Of a DNA stretch of 64,000 bases, positions 35,847 through 46,210 are shown piece after piece (within the stretch, counting starts at the first letter, position 1; every line of letters begins with the position of its first letter). The position numbers were made by a program, and so were the translations under genes. The notes beneath the pieces were generated by a model. That model was not told the origin of the DNA. It made no database searches and saw only the letters and a program-made list of their open reading frames with translations. The DNA comes from an uncultured bacterium (GTDB taxonomy: Bacteria > Bacillota_I > Bacilli_A > RFN20 > CAG-826): contig CASEYK010000007.1 of assembly GCA_949292105.1 (NCBI GenBank), forward strand, positions 29,588 through 93,587, read 5' to 3'.

Positions 35847-38800
35847 ATGGATGTCGTATTTCAGAAAGATAAAGATTCGAAAAACAATAAAATAAAGCAG
35901 TGGTTTCAAGAGAAATTCGCTTTTTTGAAAAACCCTCAATCACTCTTTTACTATTTTCTCTTTCTTTTATTCGTTGGGCTTTTGTTTTTTATCACCATTC
36001 TTGTTGTTAATATGTTTACGACACCATTTAGTGGTGACTACTGTGCTCAACAATTTTCTTTTTATACTAATGGTTATGATGATTGGTGGCATTTTTTAAG
36101 AACTGGCGAATTCGTTTTATATGACACTAACACATATTTAGGTGTTAACAACATCGGTTCTAATGCTTTCTATTATTTGTTTGATCCTTTCTTTCTACCA
36201 ATACTTCTCGTTCCTCGTCAGTTAGTTCCTCAGGGTATGGCTGTTTTAACTATTTTTAAAATGGCCTTTGGCGGTTTAGCTTTCTACGGGTATATGCGCT
36301 ATTTGAAAGTCAGCAAAGCAAGTTCTAAAATCAGCGGCTTAGCCTACGCTTTTTGCGGTTGGGTAACTTGGTACTTATGGTTCAATCATTTCACTGAAAT
36401 TATTATTGTTTTTCCTCTTATTCTATGGGGTGTTGAAAAAGTTTTAAACGAAAAGAAACCACTTCTTTTAATGGGCTCGCTGTTTTTAATGGGCGTCACC
36501 AATTTTTTCTTCCTTATCTGTTTTGCTATATGTGCATTCATTTATGCGATGTTTCGTTTCTTCCAGAAAATTAAAACGAGAACAGTGAAAGAGAATTTTG
36601 AAATTCTTGGCATTGGTTTCATAGGATTTTTAAGCGGACTAATGATGTCTCTTGTTGTCGTTTTGCCTGCTGCTATGGTTGCGATTGGCAGTGATAGGGC
36701 AGAAAATTCTACCTATCTTGATAACCTTATTAATGCTTTTAAAGATGGAGAAATTGAGCGAGCTCTCAATTTTCTTTTTAGTTGGAAAAATATTGACAGC
36801 CGACGCGAGTATCGCGCCGCTTATCCGCTCATCGATTTCTTTTTCCCTGTTATGAGCGACCGTGGAACTCCATTAACAAAGTTAGGTAATGAAACATATG
36901 ATAATGTGGCGGGTTCAATTTTTTGCTATACGCCAATTATTATTCTTTTTGTCCCTGCTCTAATTTATTCAATCAAGAACAAGCAATATTCACCATTAAT
37001 CGCGACTTTTGCTTTTATTCTTATGCTCGTCACTCCGTTTTGTTACTATATGTTTCACGGATTTACAGTCGCTTATAGCCGATGGACCCTTTTTGTTACG
37101 ACATCTCTCATCGCTTATGTTGGCAAATATCTCGATAATATGAAACAACAACCGAAATGGACCATTGTTGTCGGTTATATTTTTTGCTTGGTTGGTGGTA
37201 TTTGCGCAAGTATTGCAGCGTATCTTATTGTTGAATTAAATTCATCGATGACCGAAAGAGTTCCAATTGTCGGAGCGGCAATTGTTTATGCTGTTTATGT
37301 CTCAATTGTGGCAGCATTGATTTTTGTTTATATCGATCGAACTTTTATTCATAATCTTTTGACTGGAATTATTGTGGTGGAAGCCTGTGCAATGGGTGCA
37401 TTTACTATTTATGGACACGGATATACGCTTTATAGCACTGTCAATAATGGTTTAGATGAAAACAACGCTTTAGCTTCTTTAGTCAAAGAAATTCAGAAAG
37501 ATGATCCGACCTATTATCGTGCATATTCTTCATTAGCCAATGATTCCGCTCGAAATGATGGAATGAGAAATGGCTACAATGGAACTTCTTTTTTCCATTC
37601 TATTTACAATTTTAATCTTTCCAATTTTCTCAATTGGTCACGCATGACTCAAAACTTAGGTGGCTGGAGTGGCTCTTATGTTGAAAAAAGACAAAATCTC
37701 GATACATTCCTAGGCGTTAAATATTACTTTGTTGAAAAAAGCGACATACCGACAGATGAAGTAGCCGATATCATGGTCAATGTGCCTCTCGATTTTGAAG
37801 ATGTGTCAGACCAATATCCTAGCGATTATTACTATGTTTTTAAAAATAGTAATTTTATTGATTTTGCTTTTTCTTACGATAAAATTGTCGCTTATAATTC
37901 CGCTGATAATCCAAATTATTCTTTAACCAGTGGTTCGACATATACGCTCAGAAATGAGGATATGTACTTAAAATATGGCATTTTAGATTATGAAGATGTT
38001 AATGAACTAATTGAAATGAGTGGAGGAGACATAGTCGAAGAAGAAGTCTATAATACCTTCTCTTCTAAAGCTAGCTACACGCAGTTACCGGTGGCTAATT
38101 ATGCGCAAGGGACTTCTTCTGAATATGTTAGATATTATTTTAGCACCCCGCAAAGCGCTTCGACGATGCCAATTGATGAACTTGCTCTTTATCTTAAAAA
38201 TGAAGAGCCTATTGAGTATCCGGGTGCTGACGGTGGTGGCAAGTGCGTTGTATTCATCGCACGCCAAGATGGTCAAAATTTTCCTTACGATGAGAATGGT
38301 GTTATTTTCTATCTCAATTCTAGTTTTCGAAATTCACATAAAATTAATGCATATTTACTTGATGAAAATTATCACATTATTACTTACGATAATCATAATG
38401 ACGATAAAACAACTTCGACGCAAAAAAGTATGCGCGGTCTATATTCACGACCAATTAAAGAAAATGGCGCGCTTATAAAAGCCGCTCCTCAAGTGAAAGC
38501 GGTTATGATTGTTCCTCGATATTATGGTATTAATACTTACACTTTGTACTATGAAACATATTCAACATATTACAATGATAAAATTTCAAATTTAATGCAA
38601 TTCCCAATCGAAAATATTGAATATTCTACAAATAAATTTACTTTTACAACAAATTTTGAGAAGCAAAGATTTATTGTTACACAAATTGCATTCGATGATG
38701 GCTGGCGTGTTTTTTGCACCGACGCAGAAGGGAATAAGAAAGAATTAAAAACATATTTATCACAAGGCGGGTTTGTCGGTTTCTTGTCAGAGGAAGGCGA

Positions 38801-38972
38801 TTGCCAGTATGTCATGGAATATTACACACCCTATCTTGAATTAGGCTCATATATTTCCATCGGTGGTATGTTTATTTTCTTTACTTCATTTGTCAGTTAT
38901 TACTATATCGCTGCCGCTTTTCTCATTAAAAACGACATCAAAAAATATAATCAATTTCAGAACGAAAATTAA
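35847..38972 (+). CDS. YfhO-family polytopic membrane protein (putative extracytoplasmic glycosyltransferase) with a long C-terminal exodomain
   Basis: 1041 aa. About 13 N-terminal TM helices, then a roughly 480-aa soluble region and a final TM helix. The N-terminal block FSGDYCAQQFSFY...NAFYYLFDPFF resembles YfhO. Confidence 0.65.
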   Translation: MDVVFQKDKDSKNNKIKQWFQEKFAFLKNPQSLFYYFLFLLFVGLLFFITILVVNMFTTPFSGDYCAQQFSFYTNGYDDWWHFLRTGEFVLYDTNTYLGVNNIGSNAFYYLFDPFFLPILLVPRQLVPQGMAVLTIFKMAFGGLAFYGYMRYLKVSKASSKISGLAYAFCGWVTWYLWFNHFTEIIIVFPLILWGVEKVLNEKKPLLLMGSLFLMGVTNFFFLICFAICAFIYAMFRFFQKIKTRTVKENFEILGIGFIGFLSGLMMSLVVVLPAAMVAIGSDRAENSTYLDNLINAFKDGEIERALNFLFSWKNIDSRREYRAAYPLIDFFFPVMSDRGTPLTKLGNETYDNVAGSIFCYTPIIILFVPALIYSIKNKQYSPLIATFAFILMLVTPFCYYMFHGFTVAYSRWTLFVTTSLIAYVGKYLDNMKQQPKWTIVVGYIFCLVGGICASIAAYLIVELNSSMTERVPIVGAAIVYAVYVSIVAALIFVYIDRTFIHNLLTGIIVVEACAMGAFTIYGHGYTLYSTVNNGLDENNALASLVKEIQKDDPTYYRAYSSLANDSARNDGMRNGYNGTSFFHSIYNFNLSNFLNWSRMTQNLGGWSGSYVEKRQNLDTFLGVKYYFVEKSDIPTDEVADIMVNVPLDFEDVSDQYPSDYYYVFKNSNFIDFAFSYDKIVAYNSADNPNYSLTSGSTYTLRNEDMYLKYGILDYEDVNELIEMSGGDIVEEEVYNTFSSKASYTQLPVANYAQGTSSEYVRYYFSTPQSASTMPIDELALYLKNEEPIEYPGADGGGKCVVFIARQDGQNFPYDENGVIFYLNSSFRNSHKINAYLLDENYHIITYDNHNDDKTTSTQKSMRGLYSRPIKENGALIKAAPQVKAVMIVPRYYGINTYTLYYETYSTYYNDKISNLMQFPIENIEYSTNKFTFTTNFEKQRFIVTQIAFDDGWRVFCTDAEGNKKELKTYLSQGGFVGFLSEEGDCQYVMEYYTPYLELGSYISIGGMFIFFTSFVSYYYIAAAFLIKNDIKKYNQFQNEN

Positions 38973-38980
38973 TTAGCAAA

Positions 38981-39841
38981 TCAATCAAGATTATTCATCA
39001 ATTTATAAACAATTTTCTTGTTAATATTTAGTGTCTTGCTCACAAACTCAACAGCATCTTTTTTGCTCATTTTCTTCTTTAAACATTCTTTGAGTTGAGA
39101 AGCAATTCCTTCTTCATCAATTTGTATTTTCTCTCTCCCTTGTTTAAACCCATCAACGATGATGACCATTTCGCCTTTTAATGTTGTTTCATCGATTGTG
39201 GCTAGTTCTTGGGCGGTGCCAAAAATAAATTCTTCATTAATCTTTGTTAATTCTCTTGCGATGACCATTTCGCGATTTCCAAGGACCGAATTTATATTGT
39301 TAATTGTTTGAACAATGCGATGTGGGGCTTCATAAAAAATTAATGTGTACGGCAGTGTTTTTATCTCTTGAAGTTGTTTGATTCTTGCTGATTCTTTTGC
39401 GTTTAAAAATCCATAAAACAAAAAATGCGATGAATCTAAACCGCTGCAAGAAAGAGCGTTGATTAACGCACAAGGTCCAGACACAACAGATACATTAATG
39501 CCGTTGTCTAGGCACTGTTTAACTAAAATTTGTCCAGGATCAGAAATGGCTGGATAGCCAGCATCAGACATATAAACGACTTTTTTCTTCTCTTTTAAGA
39601 TTAAATCAACGAGTTGATTTGACTTAGTTAATTCTTTGTGCTTTTCTAATGAAATCAGTTGTTGAGGCTTAATACCAAAAATAGACAATAATTTTCTACT
39701 CACTCGCGTATCTTCGCAAGCGACAACATCAGCTTCAGAGATAATTCTTTTTGCTCGCGGAGAAAATTCTTCTAAATTTCCGATTGGGGTGGAAATTAAA
39801 TAGAGCAAAGGCTGGGAATTGAAATTCTTATTTCGTCTCAT
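38981..39841 (-). CDS. rsmI: 16S rRNA (cytidine1402-2'-O)-methyltransferase
   Basis: LYLISTPIGNLEEFSPRA plus the tetrapyrrole-methylase fold; conserved position after ricT. Confidence 0.9.
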   Translation of the reverse strand: MRRNKNFNSQPLLYLISTPIGNLEEFSPRAKRIISEADVVACEDTRVSRKLLSIFGIKPQQLISLEKHKELTKSNQLVDLILKEKKKVVYMSDAGYPAISDPGQILVKQCLDNGINVSVVSGPCALINALSCSGLDSSHFLFYGFLNAKESARIKQLQEIKTLPYTLIFYEAPHRIVQTINNINSVLGNREMVIARELTKINEEFIFGTAQELATIDETTLKGEMVIIVDGFKQGREKIQIDEEGIASQLKECLKKKMSKKDAVEFVSKTLNINKKIVYKLMNNLD

Positions 39842-39850
39842 TTGTATCTT

Positions 39851-40705
39851 TCATTGCTTTTTGCCACGGACTTGGCGATAAAATTCTTCAAGAGAAATGT
39901 TTTGAATTGTTTCATCGTTTCGGATTTCAACCATCTTTGAAATAACATTGATTGAACTGACAGTGAACTCTTGTTTGTCGATGAAAACTTTTTTACCTAG
40001 TTCAGGAAAACTTTGTTTTAAATCAGAATATGTATCATCTTCGTATTTAAGACAGCAGAATAATTTACCGCATTGGCCGCTGAGTTTAGGAATATTAATA
40101 GTTAACATTTGGTTTTTTGCTCGATTGATTGAAATGCCGTCAAATTCATTTAAAAAAGTTGAACAGCAAAGAGGCAGGCCGCAAACTCCTAATCCACCCA
40201 CAGCTTTAGCTTTGTCTCTCGCACCAATTTGTCGCAATTCAATACGAGCGTGAAGGCGACTGGCTAAAACTTTTAATAATTCTCTAAAATCAACTCTCTC
40301 GTCAGCGAGATATGAAAAAATTACTTTAGTTTTATCCAAAGTATATTCACAGCTGATTAGCCTCATATCTAATTTCAAATTTGAAACTTCGTTTTCGCAA
40401 ATTTGAAGGGCAAATTTCGCATCTTTTAAATTATTTTCAAATTGTTTTAAATCGCGTTCATCAGCTTTGCGTAAGACTGGTTTTAAGCCCAACTCGCTTT
40501 TATATTTCTCGATGGCGATGGGGGCAATTGTAATTAAACCAATCTCTAATCCACGAACTGTCTCAACGACAACTTGGTCATCTAAATTAAGTTCAATGTC
40601 TTTTAAACCAAAGAAATAAGAGCGCAATCCATGATGAAACTTCACTCCTACAAAATGCGTGAAGTTGTCGTTGGTATATTCTGTATTTTCATCTACGTTA
40701 TTCAT
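39851..40705 (-). CDS. ricT: PSP1-domain protein RicT (YaaT)
   Basis: Cys cluster GVCGLPLCCSTFL ... CGKLFCCLKYE; lies downstream of holB as in Bacillus. Confidence 0.85.
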   Translation of the reverse strand: MNNVDENTEYTNDNFTHFVGVKFHHGLRSYFFGLKDIELNLDDQVVVETVRGLEIGLITIAPIAIEKYKSELGLKPVLRKADERDLKQFENNLKDAKFALQICENEVSNLKLDMRLISCEYTLDKTKVIFSYLADERVDFRELLKVLASRLHARIELRQIGARDKAKAVGGLGVCGLPLCCSTFLNEFDGISINRAKNQMLTINIPKLSGQCGKLFCCLKYEDDTYSDLKQSFPELGKKVFIDKQEFTVSSINVISKMVEIRNDETIQNISLEEFYRQVRGKKQ

Positions 40706-41702
40706 AATTTTCGTTCTCCTTACTAATCGATAAAATTAAATTGTCGAGCAAAAGAGGGATATTGACATTATTATTCAATGATGTTCTCGCTTTAAGTATT
40801 TGTAATAGCGAGGCATCAACTTCATGCAAATGCGACGCTAGTTCGCTAATTATTGTATCATAACTAGTGAGGACAATATCTTTTCCGTTTGTTTTATTTA
40901 AAACATCATGAAAAACGAAGAGCAACATATCTAGAAAATAACGGGTTGCTTCTTTGTTTTTTAAAGATGGCTCAATTTCTTTTTGCATAATATAAATAGC
41001 TTTTCTTCGGTCTTGTTTTAATGCGTCTAAAAGTTGTAATAGCGATTCTTTTGCTTCTATGTAATCTTCTTTGCTTTCTTTATTATCGAGAGTTTCTTTT
41101 AATAGTTCAGCATCGTTATAAAAACCAGATAATAGTTCAGCATCTTCCTTGAAAACTCCTAAATCAATCGCCTTGTTGATTACTTCGATTTGAGGTACGG
41201 GTTTAAGATGCAATAATTGACAGCGGCTGATGATTGTAGGCAAACAATTATTTTCGTTATTAGTTGTTAAAAAAGCATATATGTTTGGCTGAGGTTCTTC
41301 TAAAAATTTTAAAATAGCGTTAATTGCTTCAATTGTCATATTTTCAACCAAGTGTAAGATATAAACTCTAATACCTTTTTTCTCAAGCGCTGTTTTTTCA
41401 AACTGAGTTTCAATTGAATAGACAGCATCTTTTTTAATCGTCGATTTTTGCCCATCGTAGACAACAAAATCAGGATAATTTTCGCTATCTATGCGAATGC
41501 AGGTAATACAGGAATTACAAGCAAAAGGCGTAGGATCATCACATAGAATGCTTTTAGCTAGAAATTTAGCAACCTCAAGAAGAGGAGTTCCGTGTTGCCC
41601 AGCAATTAAATATGCATGCGAAAGAGTATTATTCTTTAAAGAAGAATAAAATGTTTTATATAAAATAGGCTGATATTGTTTTAAATACTGTTCGACTTGC
41701 AT
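40698..41702 (-). CDS. holB: DNA polymerase III delta' subunit
   Basis: AAA+-like N-domain (HAYLIAGQHGTPLLE), zinc-module-like CNSCITC and the SRCQ box. Confidence 0.85.
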   Translation of the reverse strand: MQVEQYLKQYQPILYKTFYSSLKNNTLSHAYLIAGQHGTPLLEVAKFLAKSILCDDPTPFACNSCITCIRIDSENYPDFVVYDGQKSTIKKDAVYSIETQFEKTALEKKGIRVYILHLVENMTIEAINAILKFLEEPQPNIYAFLTTNNENNCLPTIISRCQLLHLKPVPQIEVINKAIDLGVFKEDAELLSGFYNDAELLKETLDNKESKEDYIEAKESLLQLLDALKQDRRKAIYIMQKEIEPSLKNKEATRYFLDMLLFVFHDVLNKTNGKDIVLTSYDTIISELASHLHEVDASLLQILKARTSLNNNVNIPLLLDNLILSISKENENYE

Positions 41703-42313
41703 AATCGATCTAAAATTACTTTCAAAGTTTCTTCTCCGACTTCTTTTCGCGATTTAGAAGCATCAATTATCACAAAACGATTTGGATAGCGATTGGCTAA
41801 GTCTAAAAAAGTATTGCGAACTAAACGATGAAATTTAATATTTTCTAAGTCGAGTCGATTGACCTCGCGCATCGAATTAGCTTCTATTCGCGCTAAACCG
41901 ATCTCGGGATCTAAATCAAAAAGCAGAGTTAAATCCGGCCATGTATTTTCTGTTGCAAATAGGTTGATTTGCAAAACCTCATCAATCCCCAGCCCTCTAG
42001 CTCCGCCTTGATAGGCAAGAGAAGAATCTAAAAAGCGGTCGCATATGACAATTTTGCCTTCTTTTAAGCTCGGCCATACTTTTTCAACCAGGTGTTGGCG
42101 ACGACTCGCTGCGTATAAAAGAGCTTCGGTTCTTGGATCCATGGCTTTATTGTTTTTATCTAAAATGACATTACGAATTTGCTCAGCAATCGGCGTTCCA
42201 CCCGGTTCTCTTGTCTGAACAATTTGATATCCCATTTTTTCTAATTGTTCAACAGCGTATTTAACAGCGCTGGTTTTACCAGAACCTTCAGGGCCTTCTA
42301 ATGTGATAAACAT
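41681..42313 (-). CDS. tmk: Thymidylate kinase
   Basis: P-loop FITLEGPEGSGKTS and the DRF/LID region. Confidence 0.95.
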   Translation of the reverse strand: MFITLEGPEGSGKTSAVKYAVEQLEKMGYQIVQTREPGGTPIAEQIRNVILDKNNKAMDPRTEALLYAASRRQHLVEKVWPSLKEGKIVICDRFLDSSLAYQGGARGLGIDEVLQINLFATENTWPDLTLLFDLDPEIGLARIEANSMREVNRLDLENIKFHRLVRNTFLDLANRYPNRFVIIDASKSRKEVGEETLKVILDRLCKSNSI

Positions 42314-42325
42314 AATAAAACCTCC

Positions 42326-42922
42326 TTATAATTTTGTTCTTCCTTCGAGTGCTCGAGCGAGCGTTAAAGCATCGGCATAATCAAGGCTACCACCGATTTG
42401 TAATCCGTAAGCAAGGCGTGTAATCTCAACATCATAGGACGATAAAACTTTGGCTAGATATAAACCAGTAGTCTCACCTTCGACAGTTGGATTAGTAGCG
42501 ATAATTATTTCTTTTACCCCACCGTTTTCTATTCTTTGGGTCAAAGAATTGATATTTAAATTTTCTATCCCTATTCCCTTTGAAGGGGCGATAACGCCAC
42601 CTAAAACATGGTATAAACCGTGATATTCACCGCTTTTTTCCATTGCGATAATATCTTTAGGGTAGGAAACAACCATAATTTGTTCTTGATTTCTTTCTTT
42701 ATTCTGACAAATAGGGCATAATTCACTTTCGCTTAAATTTCCACATATTGGACAAATGTGAATAAGCTTATGTAAATCATCGATTGAAGAAAGCAAATCA
42801 TTAATTTCTTCTTCTTTCATGTCTAAAAGAGCGTAGACTAAACGCTCAGCGCTTTTTTTACCAATCGATGGTAATTTAGATATTTCTTCAATCGCTCTTT
42901 CGATTGCTTTTAATTGGTACAT
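42326..42922 (-). CDS. recR: Recombination protein RecR
   Basis: HhH, C4 zinc finger CPICGNLSESELCPIC and a Toprim domain. Confidence 0.95.
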   Translation of the reverse strand: MYQLKAIERAIEEISKLPSIGKKSAERLVYALLDMKEEEINDLLSSIDDLHKLIHICPICGNLSESELCPICQNKERNQEQIMVVSYPKDIIAMEKSGEYHGLYHVLGGVIAPSKGIGIENLNINSLTQRIENGGVKEIIIATNPTVEGETTGLYLAKVLSSYDVEITRLAYGLQIGGSLDYADALTLARALEGRTKL

Positions 42923-43224
42923 TAAAAGCCAAAACCTCCTGCTCTTCCAGTGATTGATTCTTCGATTTGCGATTGGGCTTTTTTAATTTTTTCGCTCAAT
43001 TCGTTAACTGCCATCGCAATCATCTCTTCAACCATTTCTTTATTGTCTTTTTCAAAAGCATCATCGTTGATGCTAACTTTGATTAATTCCCCGCTACCTT
43101 TCATTGTAATGGTTACTGCTCCACCAACAGTCGTTGTAAATTCTTTGGCGGCTAGTTCATCTTTAGCCTTTTTTAATTCTCTTTGCAATTTTTGTGCTTG
43201 AATCATCATTTGTTGCATGTTCAT
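42922..43224 (-). CDS. ybaB: Nucleoid-associated protein YbaB/EbfC
   Basis: 100 aa, MQQMMIQAQKLQ..., located between dnaX and recR. Confidence 0.9.
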   Translation of the reverse strand: MNMQQMMIQAQKLQRELKKAKDELAAKEFTTTVGGAVTITMKGSGELIKVSINDDAFEKDNKEMVEEMIAMAVNELSEKIKKAQSQIEESITGRAGGFGF

Positions 43225-43228
43225 AGTT

Positions 43229-44992
43229 TTAATCTCCTACAAATTCTATTTTAATTTTGTCTTCTTTAGGAAGTTTGTTGAGCTGTAATAAATTCATATA
43301 TAATCCTTGGAAGGCGATTGATTCTTTTCTTGAAAGAGCGTATACAAACATTCTCTTTTTAAAGATGTTGAAGATAACATCCTGTAAATCGCCTTGATTA
43401 TTTTTTAAATTGACTTTTTCAGCCAAAGTTGGCGATTGATATTCGAGTATTAATATTTTCTTTGAAACGACTAATGGTCGTCCATCAGCAAGAAGAGTGG
43501 CAGCTTTGCCAATTTTTGGATGCCCAATTAATTTTTTTATGTTTGACCAAGTAGCGAGCATTTCATTTTTTAAATCTTTTTTGGAAACGACCATGATATT
43601 GACAAGCATCTCTTTTTCAATGTGGAAACTATCTTCTTGCTCTACATCTTTCAATAAAACCAGTTCGCCACCTAAAACAGGCTGAGTTATCGGTTCGATT
43701 TTTTCTTGAGGCTCATCAAAAAGAGATGGCTGACTAATGGGTTTTGATTTTGGTTTTTCCTTGTTAAGCATTTCCTTTGTCTCATTGACTGGAGCTTCTT
43801 CTTTTAATTGTGTTTCTATTGGTTTATTAACCACAGTTGCTTTTTCTCCCACAACTGATTGCTCATTTTTATTTTGTTGAGTTGGTGTATCTTCATCTTT
43901 ACTCTTAATAGGTGTATCAGAAAGAGAACAAAGTTTTAATAAGCAAATTTCGAATAAGGATGAAATCGAGGACACTGTTTTGTAATCTTTAATCGCCCCC
44001 ATTAAAGCATCGATCATCTCTAATATTTTTTTGCTCTTTATCATTTTGGCTAATTGCCTAACATCCTGCGCATTTAAAATCTCAAGTTGGTCGACAAAAC
44101 CAGTATTTTGATAAATCAAAATATCTTTTAGTATATTTAGTAAGTCTTCGGTTAGACGCTTGATATCGCTTCCTTTAGAAATATAGGTATGGAGTCGATT
44201 TAAGACATCCCCAACATTGTTTTCAACAATTGATATGAGAAGTGAAATTTTTTCTTCTTTTGATTCTAAAGCAAAGATATCAAGGATATCCTCGACTTTT
44301 AATTGGTTTGATGAGTACGCTAAAACTTGATCGAGGATAGAGAGTGCATCTCTCATTCCTCCATCGCTGAGCGAAGTAATTAAATTAACTGCCTCTTCAT
44401 TGTATTCGACGCGCTCTCTTTTTAAGACTTCTTTAAGACGCTCACTGATTTCTTGAGAAGATAGTTTTGAAAAATCATATCTTTGGCAGCGAGAAAGAAT
44501 GGTAGGCAGAATTTTATGTGGTTCAGTTGTGGCAAGAATAAAAACAACATGTTCTGGAGGTTCTTCAAGCGTTTTTAATAGCGCGTTGAAAGCACCAGCA
44601 GTCATCATGTGTACTTCATCAACAATATAGACTTTGTATCGACCTAAAATGGTGCCATATTTAACCTTTTCGATTAAATCACGAACTTCATCAACTCCAT
44701 TATTGCTCGCGGCGTCAATTTCAATAACATCAGGATGAGTGCCTTCGTTAATTGCAATACAGTTTTGACATTCATTGCATTGATGTCCAACACCCTCATC
44801 ACAATTTAGAGCTTTAGCCAAGAGTTTGGCCATCGTAGTTTTACCTGTGCCACGCGGTCCAGCGAAAAGATAAGCATGAGCTATTTTTCCTGTCGCAAGA
44901 GCATTCTTGATAGTTTTGACGATATGTGTTTGCCCAGCAACTTCGTCAAAGGTTGATGGACGATAAGTTCGATAGAGTGCTTTATATGCCAT
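43229..44992 (-). CDS. dnaX: DNA polymerase III gamma/tau subunit
   Basis: MAYKALYRTYRP N-terminus, GPRGTGKTT Walker A, a zinc module and SRCQ. I prefer ATG 44992 to the track's upstream TTG 45019. Confidence 0.95.
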   Translation of the reverse strand: MAYKALYRTYRPSTFDEVAGQTHIVKTIKNALATGKIAHAYLFAGPRGTGKTTMAKLLAKALNCDEGVGHQCNECQNCIAINEGTHPDVIEIDAASNNGVDEVRDLIEKVKYGTILGRYKVYIVDEVHMMTAGAFNALLKTLEEPPEHVVFILATTEPHKILPTILSRCQRYDFSKLSSQEISERLKEVLKRERVEYNEEAVNLITSLSDGGMRDALSILDQVLAYSSNQLKVEDILDIFALESKEEKISLLISIVENNVGDVLNRLHTYISKGSDIKRLTEDLLNILKDILIYQNTGFVDQLEILNAQDVRQLAKMIKSKKILEMIDALMGAIKDYKTVSSISSLFEICLLKLCSLSDTPIKSKDEDTPTQQNKNEQSVVGEKATVVNKPIETQLKEEAPVNETKEMLNKEKPKSKPISQPSLFDEPQEKIEPITQPVLGGELVLLKDVEQEDSFHIEKEMLVNIMVVSKKDLKNEMLATWSNIKKLIGHPKIGKAATLLADGRPLVVSKKILILEYQSPTLAEKVNLKNNQGDLQDVIFNIFKKRMFVYALSRKESIAFQGLYMNLLQLNKLPKEDKIKIEFVGD

Positions 44993-45096
44993 AAAATAAT
45001 ACCTAGATAGATTATACAAAAAATAGATATGAAAGAGAATAAATTAATAATAATTTAACAAGACAAAAAAACTGTCTTTTGTTTAATTCTGCTTTA

Positions 45097-45105
45097 TGCT
45101 ATCAT
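45097..45105 (+). promoter_or_regulatory. Extended -10 element upstream of prfA
   Basis: TGcTATCAT at 45097-45105, about 29 nt upstream of ATG 45134. No good -35 is seen. Confidence 0.4.
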
Positions 45106-45133
45106 ACATAAGCAAAACGGAGGTAGTTTTATC

Positions 45134-46210
45134 ATGGAAGACAATATGTTTCGACGACTTGAATCCGCAGAAAATAGGTTAAAAGAAATCGATGAATTGC
45201 TTTTAGATAACTCTGTTTTATCCGATCGAAATAAATTTCGTGACATTTCAAAAGAAAGAGCAATTATTGCTCCACAAGTTGAAAAATTTTTGATTTATAA
45301 AAAAATTATCAGCGACAAAGAACAAGCTCTTGAGATGACTAATGATGCCGATCCAGAAATAAAAGAAATGGGAAAAGCCGAATATAAAGAGCTGACTAAA
45401 AAAGAAGAAGATTTAATTAAAGAATTAGAGTTGCTCCTTGTCGAAAAAGATCCAAATGATGATAAAAATATTATTGTTGAAATTCGTGGTGCGGCCGGTG
45501 GCGATGAAGCTAACATTTTTGCCGGTGACTTATTTAGAATGTATACCAGATATGCCGAATCTCAAAACTGGAAAATTCAAATTTTAGATGAAAATCCATC
45601 AGAAGCAGGCGGTTTTGCGCAGGTTTCGTTTATGATTAAGGGAAATTCAGTTTATTCTAAATTAAAATTTGAAAGTGGTGCTCATCGCGTTCAACGCGTT
45701 CCAAAGACAGAGGCAAGTGGCCGTATTCACACTTCGACCGCGACTGTTTTAGTGATGCCAGAAGCAGAAGAAATCGATATTCAGATTAATCCTGCCGATT
45801 TACAAATTGACACTTACCATAGCCAAGGAGCAGGTGGGCAAAATGTTAATAAAACCGAATCAGCTGTTCGTATTACTCATATCCCAACCGGCACCGTTGT
45901 AGCGTGTCAAACAGAAAAATCTCAAATTCAAAATAAAGAATTAGCAATGCAAATGCTACGAGCAAAAATATATTCTAATTTGCTTGAAAAGCAACAAGAA
46001 GAAATAGGTAATGAACGTAGGTTGAAAGTTGGAACTGGTGAGCGAAGTGAAAAAATTCGTACCTATAACTATCCTCAAAATCGGGTGACTGACCATCGTA
46101 TAGGACTAAGTGTTCAAAAACTCGATCGTGTTATGGAAGGCGAATTAGATGAAATCATTGAAGCTCTTATCCATTATGATCAACAACAAAAAATGGCGTC
46201 TCAAGAATGA
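45134..46210 (+). CDS. prfA: Peptide chain release factor 1
   Basis: GGQ motif (GAGGQNVNK) and PxT-type decoding region (RVQRVPKTE). GGAGG RBS 10 nt upstream. Confidence 0.95.
   Translation: MEDNMFRRLESAENRLKEIDELLLDNSVLSDRNKFRDISKERAIIAPQVEKFLIYKKIISDKEQALEMTNDADPEIKEMGKAEYKELTKKEEDLIKELELLLVEKDPNDDKNIIVEIRGAAGGDEANIFAGDLFRMYTRYAESQNWKIQILDENPSEAGGFAQVSFMIKGNSVYSKLKFESGAHRVQRVPKTEASGRIHTSTATVLVMPEAEEIDIQINPADLQIDTYHSQGAGGQNVNKTESAVRITHIPTGTVVACQTEKSQIQNKELAMQMLRAKIYSNLLEKQQEEIGNERRLKVGTGERSEKIRTYNYPQNRVTDHRIGLSVQKLDRVMEGELDEIIEALIHYDQQQKMASQE

Noticed and set aside
45017-45019. Upstream non-ATG starts proposed by the ORF track (TTG 45019 for dnaX, TTG 56969 for uvrB, TTG 19869, TTG 6704, ATG 55943, ATG 26409, ATG 11766, ATG 59929)
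   Set aside because: Conserved N-termini (MAYKALYRTYRP for DnaX, MDTNEHLFKI... for UvrB), RBS positions or signal-peptide logic favour the downstream starts given in the feature table.
45020-45133. SRP (4.5S/scRNA) gene expected next to dnaX as in Bacillus, and a hairpin AGACA-N7-TGTCT (45061-45077) followed by Ts
   Set aside because: There is no conserved SRP domain-IV-like sequence. The hairpin is only 5 bp and no gene on either strand reads into it. The region is better explained as the divergent dnaX/prfA promoter region.
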